Source: Blepharisma stoltei ATCC 30299 (taxonomy: Eukaryota > Protista > Ciliophora). Taken from it: a DNA stretch of 64,000 nucleotides. The stretch spans positions 124,001 to 188,000 of the forward strand of contig CBFDEM010000022.1 of the NCBI GenBank assembly GCA_965603825.1. The letters are read 5' to 3'. The notes under the pieces are model-generated. The model was not told where the DNA came from and ran no database searches. It saw only the letters and a list, made by a program, of their open reading frames with translations. The position numbers and the translations under genes were made by a program. Shown here one piece after another: positions 59,468 through 64,000 of the stretch (its first letter is position 1; each line of letters begins with the position of its first letter).

Positions 59468-61579
59468 TTATCTAGCAACTAGTCTCTTCATAGATTTTAC
59501 TTGAATCATAATTAGATTCCTGTCTTCTTCTGATACACTGAAATCATTCAAAGTGTTGACAAAAATATCAGCAAAGCAATCGAATTCACTCTCAGTAATC
59601 CCAATCTTCATATTCGCATGAACTGCACGTATCTTTCGTCGAAATTCTAGGTTCACGCTTCCTGAAAGAATTCTAAACATCCCAGAAACGATTTTTCCAA
59701 AATTTTCTAAATTCGTATTTTTAAAGTGTTTTTTAAGCATCTCAGTTGACAACACTTTTCTATAGAAAGACAGTATAAACTGATTCCAAAACTCTGTCCC
59801 TCCATATTTCTCCACTAAATTTTCTTGTTTCTTTTTCGCAACTTTAACACTTGTCACCATTTCGTCAAAATTACTTACAATATTTACATAGTGTTTTCTA
59901 ATATGGGTATAATTATTATCTTTCCATAAGGATTTACTTTGAGACTGGCATTGTGGTGGGGAATCATTTTTTTGCTTGAAGATTGGCGAAAAGAACTGTG
60001 CTCCATATAAAATAATATTATTTTGGATATTATCATGAGGACTTGTTGTGCATTCTGTATTTTTCCTACTCGGGGTTTCATCTGTATCTACTTGAGATCC
60101 ATTGGTTTCTTCATTATCGGCTATTTTTGTATGGCTTAAATCTATTAGATCAATTTTACAAGCTTCATTCCTTAACGTATTTTTTTTTGAAATTCCTTTA
60201 TTTAAATTTGAATTTCTAAAAATTACATCATGCTTGAAAATGTTGTTAACAGTTAAATTCGCTTCAGCTGTGATTAGCAAATTCTGTGTTGACCTTGATC
60301 TTTTTGTTGGTTCTAGTTTTTGCATTTTTGTTGTATTTATATTTAAATCTGCTTCAGTTATATAATCTTTACAATCTAGCAATACCCACTTGTTTTCTGA
60401 GTCCTGTATAAAATCAGCTATTATCCCTTTAAGTTGATTATGACTTGTAAAAAAGCAGGAATTCAAGAAAGCAACAATTTGATTTATCATGGCTTCAATT
60501 TCTGGTGCTTTTTTATAGCTTTCTATCGCATAACAACTTTCAATATCTTTGGTAATAACAAAATATTTTTTATTTTCTTCTTCTTTTATTACATTTGAAG
60601 CTACATTTATATGAGGCAAAACTTCTTTTTTTGGGGAAATTCTTTCATTTGAATCTGCTCTTTTGCAGTCTTTTTTTATTTTTGGAGGAGAAAAATAGGA
60701 TTGGGAGTGCTGGACGTTCATCAATTTGATGCCTGGATATGGTATATAGCTTAATCTTCTTTTTTTGATTTTGAGGGTTTTGAAATCAGATGCATCTGAA
60801 TGGGATCGATTTCTACTATGGGAAGGTATATGGAAATTGTTATCAATTTTAAGCAGTTTTTCATCACATTCAGTTATATCGGTATTTGATCTGCTTCTCC
60901 CACGAAAGGGATGAGATTGGCTACTTGAGGTATTTTGACGTTGTACAGGGTACTTATTTTTATTTATTATTATGAAATATTTGTTTTTCATATTTTTCCT
61001 CCATAGGACCCTTATTATTGTGGTGGGATTGGATTTTAGATCTATGAAGTGTTGCATTATTGATTTCTCTGAAGCCTTTTTTCATTCTGAAATTGCAATA
61101 TCTTTAGAAAATATTGATGTTATATCTTCATTTTCATGCTTTAAGCAGCACAATGGAAAAGCTTTATTGGATTTTTCTTTTTTAAGATCGAAAAATTCTG
61201 TTTCGTTACATTTTTTTACAGAGACCTGTCCGCTGCCATTTGTAAAGATTAAATATGACTGAATATCCATTTTTCCTAATTTTAGAAGGGTTGTTGGGAT
61301 ATTTATTTGACATTTAAAATCATTTGCATGCATTGCCAACAGTTTGTGGAAGCTAATTTTAGCATTAGCGTTTGGGAGCAAGCTATTTATTCTCTTAATA
61401 TAATAATTTTGGCTTGATATAGGATTGCTAACCCCATCTATTTTTACTCCTTTCAAGAGACCTTTCTTCACAGAATCAAGTATAAAATTATCTATATCTT
61501 CTTGGAAGATGGAAATTTCCTTAAGAAAACTTTCATTTTTCAAGTCTTTCAAAATCACTGGCAATTCCATCGTTTCCAT
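59468..61579 (-). CDS. ATP-grasp-like + truncated globin fusion, paralog 4 (703 aa)
   Basis: Two same-frame ORFs; MQHFI..IIRVLW, GIIADFIQDSENKWVLLDC, KYGGTEFW..SFY, RAVHANMKIGITESEF. Confidence 0.87.
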
Positions 61580-62455
61580 TTGGATTTTATAAAGCTTAGA
61601 AATAGAAAATGAGCAAATTTTTTACGGTTTAAAATTGAGAAAATTAAACATAAAGAGGAAAGTATTATGAATTTTGACTTAAAGAGGCAATTGCTTGAAA
61701 TAACTCCTTTTGGAAAATCCCTTAAGTGCATATATAAACTATTTAAATCTTATTTGGAGCAAAAATATCCTTTCTTTCCTTTTTATTTAAGTATTGTAAG
61801 ACCTATTTCCCATTCTATCAATATAAACACATCTCAATATATCATTATATATCATATAACGACGCTGAGTTTTAATAATAAGAAGAGCCATTGGACCAAT
61901 TTCTTCAATTTTCTTAAAACTCAATTATATATTTTGCATGAGAATTCGTCCTACCCATGGATAATTTTAGCTTAATAATATTTGAGACCAAATTTCCTTA
62001 ATTTTGCAAGCAATACTGATGCTTCATGAACCCCTTTTTGCGTCTTGATTCCAATTAAAATCAAGAGGATTGATCAGTATGGCGTTAAAATTATGGGTTT
62101 AATCCTGATTAAAGAAAACTCAAAGAAATTAACAGCATTGTGATCCAAATTCTGTATTATTGAAATTAAGTTAGATTCATTGAAATAACTTATTATAGTG
62201 AGCATTAATTAATGCCTTTTTAGTAAATAAATATTTTGATAAATAGTGTTATTAAACATTAAAAAAAAATCATTTTTGTAAAAATATTCATCTTAGCAAT
62301 AGTTAATGCTATTTAAAAGAATAAAATACATTCTAAAGAGTTTAAGCTATAGTTTATTTTAAATAAAAAATCCATATTAATTTTATTCAAAAAAATCATT
62401 TACTGACTTTTTTATTTATTGAAAGAAAAATAAAAATAATCATAGAAATATTTAT

Positions 62456-64000
62456 TTAATGTGATTTGCATACCAAACATATCATTGATCTGATTTGTGA
62501 CATAATAAAAACTTTATCATTTTCTTCTATTCGAAATTCATCAAGTGCTTCTTCCATTTTATCAAGAAACAAATTAAACTCTTCTTCTAAAATTCCTAAA
62601 TTTTGATGAATCGTTCTAATAGACCTTCTAAACTCAAGTGACACATTTCCACTGAAAACATTTCGTAGCCCTGATAAAATCATTTTTTGATTCGAATCTT
62701 CAAAACGTTTATTTAATTTGTTTTCTGAAATAATTTTTTGAAAGAGTTTTACAACGAATTTATTTCAAAATTCATCTCCTCCATATTTAGAAACGAAATT
62801 TTGGTTCAAAGAAGTATTCTTGGAATTTAATTTCATTTCATCATACAATTCTACAATGTCTGAATAGTGTTTTTTGGTGAATGCATGACTTTCATCATTT
62901 CATAGCGGTTTATTTCGTTGAGCTTTGTGTCTTGATAATAAATTGTGTTGCAGGCAGGGAAATGAAGGTTTTAAATAGTCTGACTCGTTAGGAGATGGAG
63001 TCTGTGATTTTGATTTTTGTGATATTGAATTTATACGATCATTGTAAATGTTGATACATTGATCTTTAATTGAACAGTTTGAGATTGGAGGAAGGTGATT
63101 TTTTTCAATAATTTTATCGATCTTTTCTGATACTTGAGAGTATCTTTTAAATAAATCTTTTTCAATGGGCTCTGATATTTCGATAGCTGGGCAAATTTTT
63201 GACTTTTTCAGAGATAGCTGCCTTGGTTTGATACTTCTAAAAACATCATTTGGCATATTTTCTGTTTTTTGAATAAAATTGCTTTCTTTTGGTTCGTTTT
63301 CTTCTAAAATATTAATTTTTAGTTCAGGATTACTCTGTGTTCTTTGATGATGGATAACTTTAGAGTTTTTTCTTTTTAATCCTTCTGTGTCTTTGCTTTC
63401 AATTGAGCATTCTTTGCAATCAAGTAGAAATCATTTTTTGTCTTTGCTTTGTATAAAGTCAAGCACAATTCCAGAAATTTCTTTATTCGCCAACACCTTA
63501 CTATTTAAAAACTCAACTAACTGAGAAATCATTCCTTCAATTTCTGTAGTTTTAGCTTTATAGTCAAATGTAAAGCAATCTTCAGGCTTTTCAGTTGTCA
63601 AAATTAGCTTGGTTTCATTTTCTATTTCATTATTAATTTCTTCTAGGGTATTATCGTCATTTAAAAATTGCGATTCTTCTTTTTGCTCTTTTTTTTCCTT
63701 TCTTGACTTCCCAACAACTAAGGATTTGCTCCTTTCTTTTCCTCTTTGCTGGACTCTAAAAGGATTATTAATTGATTGCGATGTTTTTTGCAGAAAATCT
63801 GTGTATTTGAAATTTGCATATTCTGATGAGGTGTTTTTCCTATGGAATTTATTATTTGCTGAATTTATTTTTGGGTTAATTCTTGGACGGCTTTTTATTT
63901 TATTTCTTTTTATTATAGTAAAATACTTTGTTGGCTGCCCAAGTCTTCATAGAACTCGAGTGATTGATATTTGATTAGTCCTGCACTTAATAAACTCTTG
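62456..64000 (-). CDS. ATP-grasp-like + truncated globin fusion, paralog 5 (5' end beyond window)
   Basis: QEFIKCRTNQISITRVL[W], GIVLDFIQSKDKK[W]FLLDC, KYGGDEF[W], RTIHQNLGI. Confidence 0.85.

Noticed and set aside
842-63974. Antisense and alternate-frame ORFs in the track (e.g. 842-1144, 6135-6527, 28204-28776, 41093-41461, 50878-51321, 63609-63974)
   Set aside because: Shadows of real genes with no recognisable motifs.
460-64000. Fragmented ORFs as widespread pseudogenes or prokaryotic operons
   Set aside because: The fragments share a frame and are separated by TGA at conserved Trp sites or by tiny introns; the genes are eukaryotic.
1-64000. tRNA, rRNA, telomeric repeats or transposases
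   Set aside because: None recognised by eye; a covariance-model scan would be needed to exclude small RNAs.

Overview
AT-rich, gene-dense eukaryotic DNA that reads as the somatic (macronuclear) genome of a heterotrich ciliate such as Blepharisma. In-frame TGA codons fall on invariant Trp positions (alpha-tubulin, PDE, PP2C, MYST, NHE), TAA and TAG are stops, and introns are 15-16 nt. The supplied ORF track therefore splits most genes; re-read with TGA=Trp the window holds about 35 genes. Recognisable ones: REI1/ZNF622, divergent alpha-tubulin, MINDY deubiquitinase, transmembrane PDE, eIF2A, two PP2Cs, a MEK-like pseudokinase, RPB3, CSN1, kinesin-13, kinesin-8, an NHE, a MYST acetyltransferase, Enhancer of polycomb (Epl1), ARF1 plus an ARF pseudogene, and uL1. 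Most notable: (1) at least five tandem paralogs (51.4 kb to window end) fusing an ATP-grasp-like N-terminal domain to a C-terminal truncated haemoglobin; (2) a 128-nt, extensively self-complementary intron at the start of the Epl1 gene, which lies tail-to-tail with its NuA4 partner; (3) duplicated chimeric genes fusing degenerate IP3R/RyR-type channel segments to a vWA domain whose MIDAS-face loops have diverged; (4) EGF-NHE, La-motif-EDC4-like and dead-protease-Kelch fusions. Family calls come from motif recognition by eye; no database search was run.
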